Below are positions 63,215-64,000 of a stretch of DNA of 64,000 nucleotides, piece by piece. A program made the position numbers and the translations under genes. The notes below the pieces were generated by a model, which saw nothing but the letters and a program-made list of their open reading frames with translations, made no database searches and was not told the DNA's origin. Position 1 is the stretch's first letter. Each line of letters begins with the position of its first letter. Source of the stretch: Lingula anatina (taxonomy: Eukaryota > Animalia > Brachiopoda); the NCBI GenBank assembly GCA_051362555.1, contig CM120640.1, positions 29,965,967 through 30,029,966 of the forward strand, read 5' to 3'.

Positions 63215-63815
63215 AATTATGTTTCAATCCACCATTAAGTAGCAAATGCACAGAACAATGTTAGTAAAGTCTTTTTACAGCTTATTAAATCTCATTTCTC
63301 AGCAGGTTCCTTGTTGCATAAGATTTTTAACAAAAATAACATTATAGCTGTTTGGACAATATTTCCCAAATCATTAAAGCTAAGAACAACAGTATAATTA
63401 ATAACAGTAGGACTGTTGACAATGTGTCAGAAGTAAAAACTTGCAACTGTAGAATAAAAAGTGAATGCTCAATGAATGACAAATGTCTAGAAAAAATGTA
63501 ATTTGTAAGGCAACAATGAGAATAGAAAATGAAACAAAAGAATACGATGGCATTTTTCAGCATGAATTCAAGTATAGATATAATTACCAACAGACCTCTT
63601 TCAACTGCCTAGCTAAATGCCATCTAACCTCATTAAGCAACTATATTTGGACTCTTAAGGACAAATAATAATGATAATATAATAATTTAAATAATAATAA
63701 TAACAATAATAATAATAACAATAAAAAAAATAATAATTATTATTATTATAATGAACTGAAATGGACAATAACAAGGAACGCACCACCATACTCAAATATA
63801 ACCAAATAACAGAAC
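63215..63815 (+). mobile_element. Penelope-like retroelement 3' remnant (post-RT linker plus GIY-YIG region), interrupted by (AAT)n
   Basis: FNPP...LHKIFNKN..YSC..NI..II; TCNCRIKSECSMNDKCL.KNVICKATM..KEYDGI..EFKYRYN..TSF..TSLSNYIWTLKDK..LKWTI..APPYSNITK, with frameshifts. Confidence 0.8.
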
Positions 63816-63934
63816 TCATGAACAATACAGACATTTTAGTAAATAGCTACTAACTAGACAGCAAAGCTGATAAATATATAGACACCACACAGGAAACAAG
63901 GTGGCAAATGTGAGAAATGTTCAGAAATTCAGAT

Positions 63935-63983
<49 letters not shown>

Positions 63984-64000
63984 AAGAGTGCACCAAATAA

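Overview
AT-rich, repeat-dominated animal genomic DNA. It is probably a marine invertebrate, inferred from the repeat families and intron style. No intact host gene is present. The central structure is a nested insertion series at 14,993-29,952 that can be rebuilt from the sequence alone. A MITE with a 9-bp TSD (empty paralogous site at 9,933-9,941) contains a hAT transposon with 17-bp TIRs and a two-exon, ZNF862-like, frameshifted transposase. The hAT intron holds about 11 kb of nested Helentron-associated (HINE/DINE-1-like) elements. Inside these, a pair of same-family HINE copies brackets a 1.3-kb genomic piece with three spliced, in-frame exons of the conserved host gene ZER1, which looks like gene capture by a composite rolling-circle unit. 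Other content: a 28/29-bp hairpin minisatellite with a 173-bp higher-order repeat (10.2-14.75 kb); a 16-kb ~194-bp satellite with a 5,182-bp super-repeat (44.6-60.8 kb); decayed Tc1, CR1/L2 and Penelope-like fragments; several PIF/Harbinger MITEs; and three copies of a conserved ~65-nt hairpin-like motif (37.5-41.3 kb) of unknown function. Family assignments come from motif recognition by eye; no database search was run.
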